A stretch of 40,000 nt of DNA from Nonomuraea sp. NPDC059194. GTDB lineage: Bacteria > Actinomycetota > Actinomycetes > Streptosporangiales > Streptosporangiaceae. Below the pieces are notes generated by a model. The model had not been told where the DNA came from. It saw only the letters and a program-made list of their open reading frames with translations, and made no database searches. The DNA lies in the NCBI RefSeq assembly GCF_042754765.1, contig NZ_JBHZBH010000040.1, positions 32,657 to 72,656 of the forward strand. Reading direction: 5' to 3'. Below are positions 1 through 9,270 of the stretch, piece after piece. Position 1 is the stretch's first letter. Every line of letters starts with the position of its first letter. A program made the position numbers and the translations under genes.

Positions 1-108
1 AGCGTCTGCGGACCGCTGGAGCGTTTCCGCGGCGAGGAGAAGCAGGCCGCCGAGGCTCTCCTCGAGACAACGGCCCGGCTCTCGGCCCAGTTGGGCCATA
101 CGACATGA
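1..108 (+). CDS. 3' end of an unidentified CDS that runs off the left edge (35 codons)
   Basis: Frame 1 is open from base 1 to the TGA at 106-108 (..EEKQAAEALLETTARLSAQLGHTT*). The fragment is too short to assign a family. Confidence 0.3.
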   Translation, partial: SVCGPLERFRGEEKQAAEALLETTARLSAQLGHTT

Positions 109-151
109 CGAAAGGAGGTGACGGCCGGGATCCCCTTCACCGGCCGCACCT

Positions 152-1567
152 ATGAAGCGATATGACCTGCTTGTCAAAGACGGTCTTCTTGTCCTGCCGT
201 ACCACGGCGAGGTCAAGGCTGACCTGGGCATAGCCGACGGCCGAATCGTGGCGATCGGCGAGGACCTGTCCGGGGCCGAGGAGGTGATCGACGCCGCCGG
301 AAAGGTCGTGCTGCCGGGTGCCGTGGACGCCCACTTCCATATCGGGATTTATCGGGATATGGGGCTGGACGCCTACGAGGAGACCCGCTCCTCGCTGGTC
401 GGCGGTGCCACCACGGTGTTGTCGTACTTCCGCACCGGCCAGCACTACCTGGACAAGACCGGCCCCTACCAGACGATCTTCCCCGAGGCGCTGTCCGCCG
501 TCGAGGGGCGGGCCTGGACGGACTACGGCTTCCACCTGGCCCCGATGACGGTCGAGCAGATCGAGGAGATCCCGCGGCTGGTCAGCGAGCACGGCGTCAC
601 CTCGTTCAAGTACTACATGTTCTACAAGGGCTTCGACCTGGCCGCCAACAGCCGCGACGCCCGATCCTTCACCATGGGTGACGAGTACGACCTGGGCCAC
701 CTGCTGCTCATCATGGAGAAGCTGGCCGAGGTCCAGCGCGACCACCCGGACAGGCGGATCTCGCTCAGCCTGCACTGCGAGCAGTCCGAGCTCATGCGCG
801 TCTTCATCGACCGGGTCCAGCGCAGCGGGCAGCCGCAGAACCTGCGCGCCTACAGCGAGGGTCGCCCGCCGCTGACCGAGGAAGTGGCCATCGCCGAGGC
901 CGCTACGATCGCCGCCCACACCGGGGTGAACGTCAACTTCCTCCACCTGTCCAGCGCCCAGGCACTGGCGGCGGCAGCGCAGCACCCCGGGGCACGCCGC
1001 GAGACCACCCTGCACCACCTCTGCCTCGACCACGACGAGCTCGACGCCCGGGGCGGCCTGGGCGGCAAGGTCAACCCGCCGATCCGCACCCGCGAGCACA
1101 ACGAGGCCCTCTGGGCCGGGGTCGCCGACGGCCGGATCGACTGGGTGGCCTCGGACCACGCCTGCTGCATGGAGGAACACAAGGGCGACGACCTGTGGCC
1201 GGCCCGGCCCGGCTTCGGCGGCACCGCACTGCTGTACCCGGTGCTCATCTCCGAAGGCCACCTCAAGCGCGGACTGTCCCTGACCAGGATCGCCGAGGTC
1301 GCCTCCGCCAACCCCGCCCGCGCCTACAACCTGTGGGGCCGCAAGGGCAGCCTCGCCGTGGGGTTCGACGCCGACCTGACAGTGCTCGACCCCGCGCTCA
1401 GCCGCACCGTGACCAGCGAACTGCTGCTGTCGGGCCAGGACCACTGCCCGTTCGAGGGCGTCGCCACGACCGGCTGGCCGGTGGCCACCGTGGTCGGCGG
1501 ACGCGTGGCCTTCCAGGACGGGGCCGTCGTGGGCGAGCCGGGCGGCTCCTACCTCCGCAGAATCTGA
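152..1567 (+). CDS. Cyclic amidohydrolase (D-hydantoinase/dihydropyrimidinase family)
   Basis: 471 aa. The N-terminal beta-sandwich is followed by the metal-binding HxH motif (VDAHFH). TSFKYYM matches the carboxylated-lysine motif of hydantoinases. Length and overall pattern are typical of the family. Confidence 0.85.
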   Translation: MKRYDLLVKDGLLVLPYHGEVKADLGIADGRIVAIGEDLSGAEEVIDAAGKVVLPGAVDAHFHIGIYRDMGLDAYEETRSSLVGGATTVLSYFRTGQHYLDKTGPYQTIFPEALSAVEGRAWTDYGFHLAPMTVEQIEEIPRLVSEHGVTSFKYYMFYKGFDLAANSRDARSFTMGDEYDLGHLLLIMEKLAEVQRDHPDRRISLSLHCEQSELMRVFIDRVQRSGQPQNLRAYSEGRPPLTEEVAIAEAATIAAHTGVNVNFLHLSSAQALAAAAQHPGARRETTLHHLCLDHDELDARGGLGGKVNPPIRTREHNEALWAGVADGRIDWVASDHACCMEEHKGDDLWPARPGFGGTALLYPVLISEGHLKRGLSLTRIAEVASANPARAYNLWGRKGSLAVGFDADLTVLDPALSRTVTSELLLSGQDHCPFEGVATTGWPVATVVGGRVAFQDGAVVGEPGGSYLRRI

Positions 1568-1595
1568 CGGCAATCCCACTAATCTGGAGGTTCGG

Positions 1596-2771
1596 GTGCG
1601 TAGAGCGACATCAGTCATCGTCTCGGCTGCGTTAACGCTGGCGGCGGCCGGCTGCGCGGGCAAGGAGGCGGGCGGGCAGCCGCCCGTCAAGATCGGACTC
1701 GTCGGGCCGCTGACCGGCCCGCTCGCCGTACTCGGCGTGTCCCAGCAGAACTCCATCCAGGTGGAGATCGACAAGCTGAACGCGTCGGGCGGGCTGGCCG
1801 GCGCCAAGCTCGAACTGGTGGCCCGCGACTCGGGCCTCGACCCGGGCAAGGCCGTGCAGGCCGCCCGGGAGCTGGCGGGGGACACGCAGGTCAAGCTGGT
1901 CGTCGGCCCGTCGTTGACCGCCTTCTACAACGCCGCGAAGGCAACCTTCGAGCAGGCCAAGAAGGTCAACTGCCAGCCGGGCGTCGCCGCCGGCGACTTC
2001 GGCGCGCTCAAGTACGGCTTCCGCGCTCAGGATCCCACCGAGGTCGACGTGGCCAAGGCGGTGGAATACCTGCGGGCCAAGGGGATCAAGAGCTTCGGCC
2101 TGGTCTACGAGGCGGACGACACCGGCAAGGCCGTCGACGCGCTGCTGACCAAGCTGGCCGGTGAGATGACCTACCTCGGGTTCCAGACCAGCCGGCCGGA
2201 CGATCAGAGCCATTCCGCGTACGTCGAGAAGTTCAAGGACGCCGGCGCGATCTTCTTCTCCAACAACGTGGGCGGAGCCAAGACCATCGCGGCGGCGGCA
2301 GCGGCCGGTTTCCGCGGTCAGCTCATCGGCGCCGGATCGGGGGCGCAGAACATCGCCTTCCTCGAAGGCGCGGGCGACGCGGCCCGGAACGTCATCTTCC
2401 AGATGCCCAACTACCGGTACCCGACGAGAGATCGGGCCGCCTGGGAACCGGGCTACCGCGCGCACATCGAGGCGGTCGAGCAGAAGTACGGCATCAACAC
2501 CGGGCCGAAGACCGGCGCGACCTCACCCAAGGGCACCGGCATGGCAGGTGACTGCGTGTTCGCCTTCGCCGAGGCGGCCAAGGCCGCGGGCAGCCTGGAG
2601 CCGGACAAGGTGGTGGCCGCCATGGAGGGGCTGAACCTCGCCGCCGACGCCACGCCGTCGGGCAACTCCGTCAGCCCGGGGACGGCGCACGAGTTCTACG
2701 GTGCCGACGACGTCCGCCTCTACCAGTGGGACAAGGACGACAAGGGCTGGTTCACCCGAGAGCTGCGCTGA
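1596..2771 (+). CDS. ABC transporter substrate-binding lipoprotein (Leu/Ile/Val-binding, type I PBP family)
   Basis: GTG start 5 nt after the GGAGG at 1586-1590. The signal peptide carries a lipobox (LTLAAAGC). The VKIGLVGPLTGPLAVLG motif is typical of LivK-like binders. The stop overlaps the next start (TGATG). Confidence 0.85.
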   Translation: MRRATSVIVSAALTLAAAGCAGKEAGGQPPVKIGLVGPLTGPLAVLGVSQQNSIQVEIDKLNASGGLAGAKLELVARDSGLDPGKAVQAARELAGDTQVKLVVGPSLTAFYNAAKATFEQAKKVNCQPGVAAGDFGALKYGFRAQDPTEVDVAKAVEYLRAKGIKSFGLVYEADDTGKAVDALLTKLAGEMTYLGFQTSRPDDQSHSAYVEKFKDAGAIFFSNNVGGAKTIAAAAAAGFRGQLIGAGSGAQNIAFLEGAGDAARNVIFQMPNYRYPTRDRAAWEPGYRAHIEAVEQKYGINTGPKTGATSPKGTGMAGDCVFAFAEAAKAAGSLEPDKVVAAMEGLNLAADATPSGNSVSPGTAHEFYGADDVRLYQWDKDDKGWFTRELR

Positions 2772-3640
2772 TGACCGCGCAGGTATGGATCGACGGCCTC
2801 TTCGCTGGAGCCGTCTACGCGCTGGTCGCCCTGGGGCTGGCCATCACGTTCCAGCCCACCCGGGTGATGAACTTCGCCCAGGGAGAGGCGCTGATCCTCG
2901 GAGCCGCCATCGGCTACCAGGTGATGAGCCTGGGCGGCCTCGGCTGGCCGGTCGCGCTGGCGGCGACAGTGGTCGTCGCGGGCCTGATGGGCCTGCTGGC
3001 CGAGCGGATGATCATGTTGCCCGTCCGGATGTCGGGGTCCAGGTTCGCCTGGATCGTGGCGACTCTCGCCGCGGCTCTGATCTTCCAGTCCCTGTTCACC
3101 CTCGCCTACCGGGATGTCGACGCGCTGCGACCGGAGCCGCTCGCCGCCGGCGGCTTCGCGTTGGGGGACGGCCGGGTCGGCTGGCAGGAGCTGATCACTG
3201 TGGGCATCGCGCTGGCGGTGATGGCCGCCTACGACCTGTTCCTGCGCCGCGGCGTGTACGGCAGAGCGATCCGCGCCGCCTCCCACGATCCGGACACAGC
3301 GGTGCTCATGGGGATTCCCGTCCAGCGGATGGTGGTGCTGAGCTTCGTCATCGCGACCGTGATCACCGCCCTGGCCGGCCTGCTCGCCGCCCCGGTGCTG
3401 TACATCGGGCCGGCCACCGGGCTGCTGTTCACCATCAAGGGCTTCACGGCTGCGGTCATCGGCGGCATCGGCTCCCCGCGCGGCGCGCTGGCGGGCGGGC
3501 TGATCGTGGGGGTGCTGGACTCGGTGGTCCGCACCGCCATCAACGCCACCGCGGGCAACCTCGTGGTCTTCGGCCTGCTCGCCCTGATTCTGGTGGTCTT
3601 CCCCGCCGGCCTGTTCGGCAAGCCGATGGAGGCACACTGA
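2771..3640 (+). CDS. Branched-chain-amino-acid-type ABC permease (LivH-like)
   Basis: I take the start at the internal ATG 2771 of track ORF 2726..3640, overlapping the upstream stop. The protein is polytopic and hydrophobic (MTAQVWIDGLFAGAVYALVALGLAITF..), typical of LivH. Confidence 0.85.
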   Translation: MTAQVWIDGLFAGAVYALVALGLAITFQPTRVMNFAQGEALILGAAIGYQVMSLGGLGWPVALAATVVVAGLMGLLAERMIMLPVRMSGSRFAWIVATLAAALIFQSLFTLAYRDVDALRPEPLAAGGFALGDGRVGWQELITVGIALAVMAAYDLFLRRGVYGRAIRAASHDPDTAVLMGIPVQRMVVLSFVIATVITALAGLLAAPVLYIGPATGLLFTIKGFTAAVIGGIGSPRGALAGGLIVGVLDSVVRTAINATAGNLVVFGLLALILVVFPAGLFGKPMEAH

Positions 3641-5379
3641 TGATCTCCCGACTGTCCTGGGCGGTGGGACTGGGCCTGCTGGCCGCCTGGCCGTTCATCA
3701 TCGACTACTACAGCTACAACGCCTCCTACTACGTCGGGCTCGTGGCGTCCGCGGCCATCTCGGCCATCCTCACGATCTCCCTCAACCTCGCCATGGGCTA
3801 CGGCGGCATGCTGTCCATGGCGCACACGGGCCTGCAACTGCTCGGCGGGTACGGCTGCGCCTTCCTGACGGTGCAGGCGGGGCTGCCGTGGCCGTTCGGC
3901 GTCCTGCTGAGCGTCCTGCTGGGCGCGGCCTTCTCCGCGCTGACGCTGCTGGTCAGCCTGCGCGCCACCTACCTGTACTTCGGCATGATCACCCTGGCGG
4001 CCAACCTCATCGTGGTGGAGATCGGCCGTGACTGGGACTCGGTGACCGGCGGCATCGTGGGGATCACGGGAGTCGACCCGGGAATGCCGAAGACCGCGTT
4101 CTACTACGTGGTCATCGGGCTGCTGCTGGCGACCTACGTGCTCCAGCGCAATCTCGTGCGAAGTCCCCTGGGTCGTTCGGCCATGGCGGTGCGCGAGAAC
4201 CCCGACACCGCGGCGGCGCTGGGAATCCGCCCCGCGACGACCAAGCTGCTCGTCTTCAGCATCGCGGGCGGGCTGGGCGGGTTGTCCGGCGCGCTCTACG
4301 CACTGCACCTCGGCTTCGTCAACCCCGACATCGGCCTGCTCGACAACGGGCTGGTCTTCTTCGTCGGCCTCTTCCTGGGCGGCATCGGCACGCTCGCCGG
4401 CCCGCTGCTCGGCGTCGCGCTGATCTCGCTCATCGTGGAGCTGGGCAAGGGGTTCGCCCAATACACCACGCTGGTACTCGGGCTGGCGCTGCTGGCCGCG
4501 ATGATGCTGGTTCCGCGCGGCATCGTCGGCACCTTGCGGGTCCGGCGCCGGCCGCGCGGAGACCCCGGCCCTGCCACGCCCGGCCGGCTGCCGGCGCTCA
4601 ACTCCGTGCCGGTGTCTCTCGTGCCCGCGCTGGAGGGCCGGGGCCTGGCCAAGCACTTCGGCGGAGTCCACGCGCTGAACGGGGTGGACGTCTCGGTCCG
4701 CGCGGGCTCCGTCCACGGGATCATCGGGCCCAACGGCTCGGGAAAGTCCACGCTGGTCTCCTGCCTGACCCGCTTCCACGCTGTGGACGCCGGCGAGGTG
4801 CTGATCTTCGGGAAGACCGCGCCTGCGAAGGCGTGGGCCGTGCCCGGAGCGGGGGTGACCCGGGTCTTCCAGGTGCCGCACCTGTTCGACCGGCAGAGCG
4901 TCCTGGACAACGTGCTGTGCGGAGTGAAAGCCGAGCATGGCTGGTTGTCCATGGTGCTGCGGCTTCCCGGCTACCGGCGCTGGGATCGCGCGGCCCGGGC
5001 CTTCGCCGGTGAGCTGCTCGGCTTCGCCGGACTGGCGGGGCTCGCCGAACGCGATGCGGGCACCCTCTCGCACGGGCAGAAGCGGCTGCTGGAAGTCCTG
5101 CGGGCCGTGGCCACCCGCCCTCGCGCGCTGATCCTGGACGAACCGGCGACCGGACTGACGCCGGAGGAGTTGGCGGCGCTGGCCGGGCTCTGCCGCGCGC
5201 TGCGCGAGCTCGGGCTGGCCGTCGTGCTCATCGAACACAACGTGGAGTTCGTCATGTCCGTCTGCGACGAGATCACCGTGCTGGAGACCGGCCGGGTGAT
5301 CGCCCGAGGGACCCCCGCCCACGTGCGGGCCGACCCTGCGGTGATCGCCGCCTACCTCGGTCTGGTGGGGTCGGCATGA
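3640..5379 (+). CDS. Fused LivM-like permease / LivG-like ATPase
   Basis: ATG 3640 overlaps the LivH stop and is in frame with track ORF 2701..5379. The first ~300 aa are hydrophobic permease. The C-terminal half carries Walker A (GPNGSGKST), the ABC signature (LSHGQKRLLE) and Walker B (LILDEP). Confidence 0.85.
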   Translation: MISRLSWAVGLGLLAAWPFIIDYYSYNASYYVGLVASAAISAILTISLNLAMGYGGMLSMAHTGLQLLGGYGCAFLTVQAGLPWPFGVLLSVLLGAAFSALTLLVSLRATYLYFGMITLAANLIVVEIGRDWDSVTGGIVGITGVDPGMPKTAFYYVVIGLLLATYVLQRNLVRSPLGRSAMAVRENPDTAAALGIRPATTKLLVFSIAGGLGGLSGALYALHLGFVNPDIGLLDNGLVFFVGLFLGGIGTLAGPLLGVALISLIVELGKGFAQYTTLVLGLALLAAMMLVPRGIVGTLRVRRRPRGDPGPATPGRLPALNSVPVSLVPALEGRGLAKHFGGVHALNGVDVSVRAGSVHGIIGPNGSGKSTLVSCLTRFHAVDAGEVLIFGKTAPAKAWAVPGAGVTRVFQVPHLFDRQSVLDNVLCGVKAEHGWLSMVLRLPGYRRWDRAARAFAGELLGFAGLAGLAERDAGTLSHGQKRLLEVLRAVATRPRALILDEPATGLTPEELAALAGLCRALRELGLAVVLIEHNVEFVMSVCDEITVLETGRVIARGTPAHVRADPAVIAAYLGLVGSA

Positions 5380-6104
5380 CCCTGCTGGAGATCTCCGGCC
5401 TGGGGGCCGGCTACGGAGGCGTTCGCGCCTTGGACGGAGTGGACCTGACCGTGGGCGAGGGCGAGTTCGTCGTGCTCCTCGGGCCCAACGGCGCGGGCAA
5501 GACCTCGCTGCTCAGGGCGGTTTCCGGGCTGCTCAAGGCGGCGTCCGGCAGGATCGTGTTCGGCGGCGCCGACATCACCTCCGTGCCCGGATGGCGTCGT
5601 GTCGGGCTCGGACTCGGCCATGTGCCCGAAGGGCGGCAGGTGTTCCCCGACCACAGCGTGCTGGAGAACCTGAGGCTGGGCGCGTTCGCCGACCGGCGGG
5701 CCAAGACTCGTGTCGAGCACCTGCTGGATGAGGTGCTCGACCTCTTCCCGCGCTTGCACGAGCGCCGCGACCAGCTCGCCGGCACGCTGTCAGGAGGCGA
5801 GGCGCAGATGCTGGCGGTGGGCCGTGCCCTGATGTCGTCTCCCCGGCTGCTGGCGCTGGACGAGCCCTCACTGGGGCTGGCCCCGCAGAAGGTGGCGGAA
5901 CTGTTCGGCTACATCAGCCGTCTCCACGCCGAGCGCGGCCTGTCGGTCCTGCTCGTGGAACAGCAGGCGATGACCGCGTTGAGCCTCGCTGAGCGCGCCT
6001 ACGTGCTGGAGCGCGGCAGGGTGGTCGTCTCCGGCCCGGCCGAGGCCGTGGCCGGAGACGACCGGGTCCGCGCCGCCTACTTCGGCGACGCGGACGGTTC
6101 CTGA
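5376..6104 (+). CDS. ABC transporter ATP-binding protein (LivF-like)
   Basis: 242 aa with Walker A (GPNGAGKTS), signature (LSGGEAQML) and Walker B (LALDEP). There is a 4-nt overlap with the upstream gene. Confidence 0.9.
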   Translation: MTLLEISGLGAGYGGVRALDGVDLTVGEGEFVVLLGPNGAGKTSLLRAVSGLLKAASGRIVFGGADITSVPGWRRVGLGLGHVPEGRQVFPDHSVLENLRLGAFADRRAKTRVEHLLDEVLDLFPRLHERRDQLAGTLSGGEAQMLAVGRALMSSPRLLALDEPSLGLAPQKVAELFGYISRLHAERGLSVLLVEQQAMTALSLAERAYVLERGRVVVSGPAEAVAGDDRVRAAYFGDADGS

Positions 6105-6105
6105 C

Positions 6106-7332
6106 TCACATCCCGTCGGTGCTCCAGCGTCCCGCCGAGCGGCTGCGAACCGGGAGGCTGGAGAGGATCGGAGCGGGGATGGCGTCGCCCTGCTTCCACG
6201 GCCGGCTCCGGCCCCAGTCGTGCGCGCCGGAGTCGATGCGCTCGTCGGCGTGCTCCAGCGTGTGCGGGTCGGCGCCCCAGTCGAGATGGTCGTGCCCGTG
6301 GTCGTGGTCATGGTCGTGCCCGTGGTCATGGTCATGGTCGGTGTGCCCGCCCTGCAGGCGGGCGGCGTCCATGGCCTTGGCGATGGCCAGCAGGCTCTTG
6401 TCGGTGCCGTGCCCGTGCGGAACGAAGTCGACGTCCCTGCCGCCCTGCTCGCGGGCGAAGGCCAGCGAGGCCTGCAGGTCGGCCAGGTCCTTCTCGCTGC
6501 GCGGCGGAGAACCCACTCCGAGGTCATGGCTGGACTGGGACCAGCGCATGCGTCCGCCGTTGGGCCCGTAGTTGACCCCCTCGCCGCCCCAGCGGACCCA
6601 CTCGTTCTGCGTGTACCAGTTCTGGAGCTCGCCGTCGGAGCGCAGGATCCAGGTGACTCCGCCCTCCATGGTGGTGAAGTGGCCGTGCTTGACCCGGGCG
6701 GGACGGAAGAAGTAGGTGCCGTCGATCAGGGTGCCGAAGTTGTACTCCATCTCTCCCTCGATGGTGTACGCCTCCTCGTAGCACGGGTGGTGCGCAAGGC
6801 GGTGGTCGGACCAGCCTTCCTGGGAGTGCACCAGACGGGTGTAGAAGCCGGATACCGGATCGACGTGGAGGTACTTGATGAACAGACCTGGCATCGGCCC
6901 GGCGTTGGGTACGGCGTCCCAGGTCATGGCCTCGGAATCGAGGACGATGACGTCGTCCCTGGAGTCGGTCCAGCGGGCCGCGCCGGGGTCGAAGCCGGCG
7001 TCGCCGTACTCGCGATAGTGAAGGATCTTGGTTCCTTCGGCGAAGGTGATGGCCTCGACCGGGACGCCCTTGGGCGCGTGGACGTAGCCGCCCTTGCCGA
7101 TGGTGCGCGCGCCGTAGGTCATGGAGCCTTCGAGCACGTAGTACTCGGTGTCGGCGTGGTGGACGCCGGGTCCGCGGCCCCACCGGGTGTGGAAGTCGAC
7201 GCGCAGGGAACACGATCCGTCTTCCTCGTCGACCGACAGGCGCCGCTCGCTGGCGCGGCCCTCTCCGCCCACGAGTTCGGCGCCGTGCCAGATGTAGTCC
7301 TTCTCGTGGATGAGTTCAACGTGGGGACGCAT
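6106..7332 (-). CDS. Bicupin-like protein with a C-terminal His/Asp-repeat extension
   Basis: 408 aa. There are two cupin-like segments (..HHADTEYYVLEGSMTY.. and ..HHPCYEEAYTIEGEMEY..HGHF). They are followed by a low-complexity tail containing HTDHDHDHGHDHDHDHGHDH. A GAAGGAG RBS lies 4 nt upstream of the ATG, inside the 3' end of the upstream ligase gene. Confidence 0.6.
   Translation of the reverse strand: MRPHVELIHEKDYIWHGAELVGGEGRASERRLSVDEEDGSCSLRVDFHTRWGRGPGVHHADTEYYVLEGSMTYGARTIGKGGYVHAPKGVPVEAITFAEGTKILHYREYGDAGFDPGAARWTDSRDDVIVLDSEAMTWDAVPNAGPMPGLFIKYLHVDPVSGFYTRLVHSQEGWSDHRLAHHPCYEEAYTIEGEMEYNFGTLIDGTYFFRPARVKHGHFTTMEGGVTWILRSDGELQNWYTQNEWVRWGGEGVNYGPNGGRMRWSQSSHDLGVGSPPRSEKDLADLQASLAFAREQGGRDVDFVPHGHGTDKSLLAIAKAMDAARLQGGHTDHDHDHGHDHDHDHGHDHLDWGADPHTLEHADERIDSGAHDWGRSRPWKQGDAIPAPILSSLPVRSRSAGRWSTDGM
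6286..6345 (-). repeat. Coding His-Asp dipeptide repeat (20 codons)
   Basis: The plus strand reads atggtcgtgcccgtggtcgtggtcatggtcgtgcccgtggtcatggtcatggtcggtgtg. Its reverse complement encodes HTDHDHDHGHDHDHDHGHDH. Confidence 0.9.
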
Positions 7333-8806
7333 GGGACTCCTTCAACTCGCGCTTGAGCACTTTGCCGCCCGCGTTCCGGGGGAGACGCGGGATGATGTGG
7401 ATGACCTTCGGCAGCTTGTAGCCGGCCAGGTGGGGGCGCAGATGTGCCTCGATGTCGGCTGGGGCGGCGGAGCCGACCACGTAGGCGACGATCCGCTCGC
7501 CCCACCTCTCGTCCGGTTCGCCGACGACGGCCGACTCCCGCACTCCCGGACAGCCGTCGATGACGCTCTCGATCTCTCGCGGGTAGACGTTGAGCCCACC
7601 CGTGATGATCATGTCCTTCTTGCGGTCGACGATGCGGAGGAATCCCTCCTCGTCGGCGACGGCGATGTCGCCGCTGGTGAGGAAGCCGTCGGCGGTCATG
7701 CAGGCCCGGGTGGCCGCGTCGTTGTGCAGGTAGCCGTTCATCAGGAACGGGGAACGGCTGAACAACTCTCCGGGAGTGCCCGCCGGGACGGGCGAGCCGT
7801 CGTCATCGAGCAGTCTGACCTCGGTCATGAACCAGGGGTGGCCGACCGAGCCGGCCTTGCGCCGGGCATCGGCGGGACGGAGGTTGGTGACGATGCCCGC
7901 TTCGGTGGAACCGTACAACTCGTGCACACCTGCCCCGGGGAAGGCGTCGAACACCCACTCCTTGAGCGGCACCGGCAGCGCGGCGGCGTTGAAGAACAGC
8001 GTGTCGAGGCTGCTCAGGTCGTGGCGGCGCAACGCCTGATCGCCGAGCGCGCGCAGGGTGTGCGCGTGGGTGGGGACCAGGAACACCGACTGCGCGCGGT
8101 ACTCGGCGACCATGCTCAGCAGGCGTTCCGGGTCCCACGACCGGAGCATGGCGACGGTCCCGCCGGTGTGGATCGCGCCGTAGGCGAAGGCGAACCCGGC
8201 GCCGTGGTACATCGGGGCGACGGCGATCGACCGGCGGCCGGTGCCGAGCTTCCAGTCCAACGCGGCGCAGTAGAAGGTGAGGACCCGGGAGCGGTGGCTG
8301 ATGAGCACGCCCTTGGGATCGCCCGTGGTGCCCGAGGTGTAGGCGACGCAGAAGGGCGAGTTCTCGTCGACCTGGATCTCAGGGTCGCGGGCGGACGCGC
8401 GGGCGAGGGCGTTCTCGTAGGTGTCGCTGACCCGGAGCACGAGGTCCAGATCGTCAGGAGTCAGCTCGGCGAGTGCCTCGTCCACGATGAGTGTTCTCGC
8501 GCCGGAGTGCGCGACGATGAAAGCGATCTCCGCCTGGGTCAGCCGGGGGTTGAGCGGCACCATCACCAGTCCGGCCTTGGCGATCCCGCACGCCACCTCC
8601 GGGTACTCCAGTTGGTTGCCGAGAAGGACCGCCACGCTGTCGCCGGGCGTCAGCCCCGCCGTGAGCAGCACGTTGGCCAGACGGCTGGAGCGCTCGTGCA
8701 GGGCCGAGTAGCTCAGGTGCAGGTCACCGTCCACCACCGCGATGGCGGAGGGGGTGGCCACGGCGAACTCTCGCACGCCGTTGGCGATCGACAACTGGGC
8801 TCTCAT
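7316..8806 (-). CDS. AMP-dependent acyl-CoA synthetase/ligase (class I adenylate-forming enzyme)
   Basis: Start taken at the internal ATG 8806 (MRAQLSIANG..) of track ORF 7316..9586. The AMP-binding motifs YTSGTTGDPKG, ..ELYGSTE.. and ..TGDI..DEEGFLRIVDRKKDMII.GG.NVYPREIE are present. Confidence 0.9.
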   Translation of the reverse strand: MRAQLSIANGVREFAVATPSAIAVVDGDLHLSYSALHERSSRLANVLLTAGLTPGDSVAVLLGNQLEYPEVACGIAKAGLVMVPLNPRLTQAEIAFIVAHSGARTLIVDEALAELTPDDLDLVLRVSDTYENALARASARDPEIQVDENSPFCVAYTSGTTGDPKGVLISHRSRVLTFYCAALDWKLGTGRRSIAVAPMYHGAGFAFAYGAIHTGGTVAMLRSWDPERLLSMVAEYRAQSVFLVPTHAHTLRALGDQALRRHDLSSLDTLFFNAAALPVPLKEWVFDAFPGAGVHELYGSTEAGIVTNLRPADARRKAGSVGHPWFMTEVRLLDDDGSPVPAGTPGELFSRSPFLMNGYLHNDAATRACMTADGFLTSGDIAVADEEGFLRIVDRKKDMIITGGLNVYPREIESVIDGCPGVRESAVVGEPDERWGERIVAYVVGSAAPADIEAHLRPHLAGYKLPKVIHIIPRLPRNAGGKVLKRELKESHASPR

Positions 8807-9255
8807 GACCCGACGCGGGTCTCGTTGATCAGGGTCCGCTGGATGCACTTCCCGCCGCGGATCCACTGCCAGACCCGGCTGCGGGTGTTGCCGTCCGGGC
8901 TCAGCACGATCAGTTCGAACAGCCTGAGGTCGGCGCCGTCCTCCTTGTAGATCCACGACAGGTAGATCGTGTCGTCGTCGACGGCCCAGAACTCGCCTTT
9001 GATCCGCTCGGTGTCGAAGGCGCAGCGGCCCTGGCCCAGGTAGGTGCCGGGGAAGCGGTGTTCTTCGGTACGGCCGTCCTCCCAGGTGTAGCGGTTGATC
9101 TGGTAATAGTCCCAGTCTCCGCTGTCCGGCAGGGTGCAGGTGAGCCGGGCGTGGTGGCGGTCGACGACCGTGCCGTCGGGATCCACGTAGGTGTAGGTGC
9201 CTTCCCAGTCGCCTTCGTGCCGGGCGAGCAGCGGCATCTCTTCCCTGATTCCCAT
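8803..9255 (-). CDS. DUF3598-like small beta-barrel protein
   Basis: 150 aa (MPLLARHEGDWEGTYTYVDPDG..YQINRYTWEDG..). It resembles proteins I recall annotated as the DUF3598 family. A GAGGAA RBS is present, and there is a 4-nt ATGA overlap with the ligase start. Confidence 0.5.
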   Translation of the reverse strand: MGIREEMPLLARHEGDWEGTYTYVDPDGTVVDRHHARLTCTLPDSGDWDYYQINRYTWEDGRTEEHRFPGTYLGQGRCAFDTERIKGEFWAVDDDTIYLSWIYKEDGADLRLFELIVLSPDGNTRSRVWQWIRGGKCIQRTLINETRVGS

Positions 9256-9270
9256 GGCTTGATGTTCCTC

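Noticed and set aside
105-165. A strong Shine-Dalgarno-like AAAGGAGG at 111-118, with mini-ORFs at 105..155 (16 codons) and 118..165 (15 codons), upstream of the hydantoinase gene.
   Set aside because: The SD-like sequence directly abuts or overlaps the only nearby start codons, so there is no proper spacing. It lies 33 nt from the hydantoinase ATG. The mini-ORFs have no supporting features. It could still be a leader-peptide or regulatory element, but I cannot support that from sequence alone.
2701-3639. N-terminal 313 codons of the 892-aa track ORF 2701..5379.
   Set aside because: This part overlaps the LivH-like permease in another frame and reads as Arg/Pro/Gly junk. The recognisable LivM sequence begins at ATG 3640, which overlaps the LivH stop.
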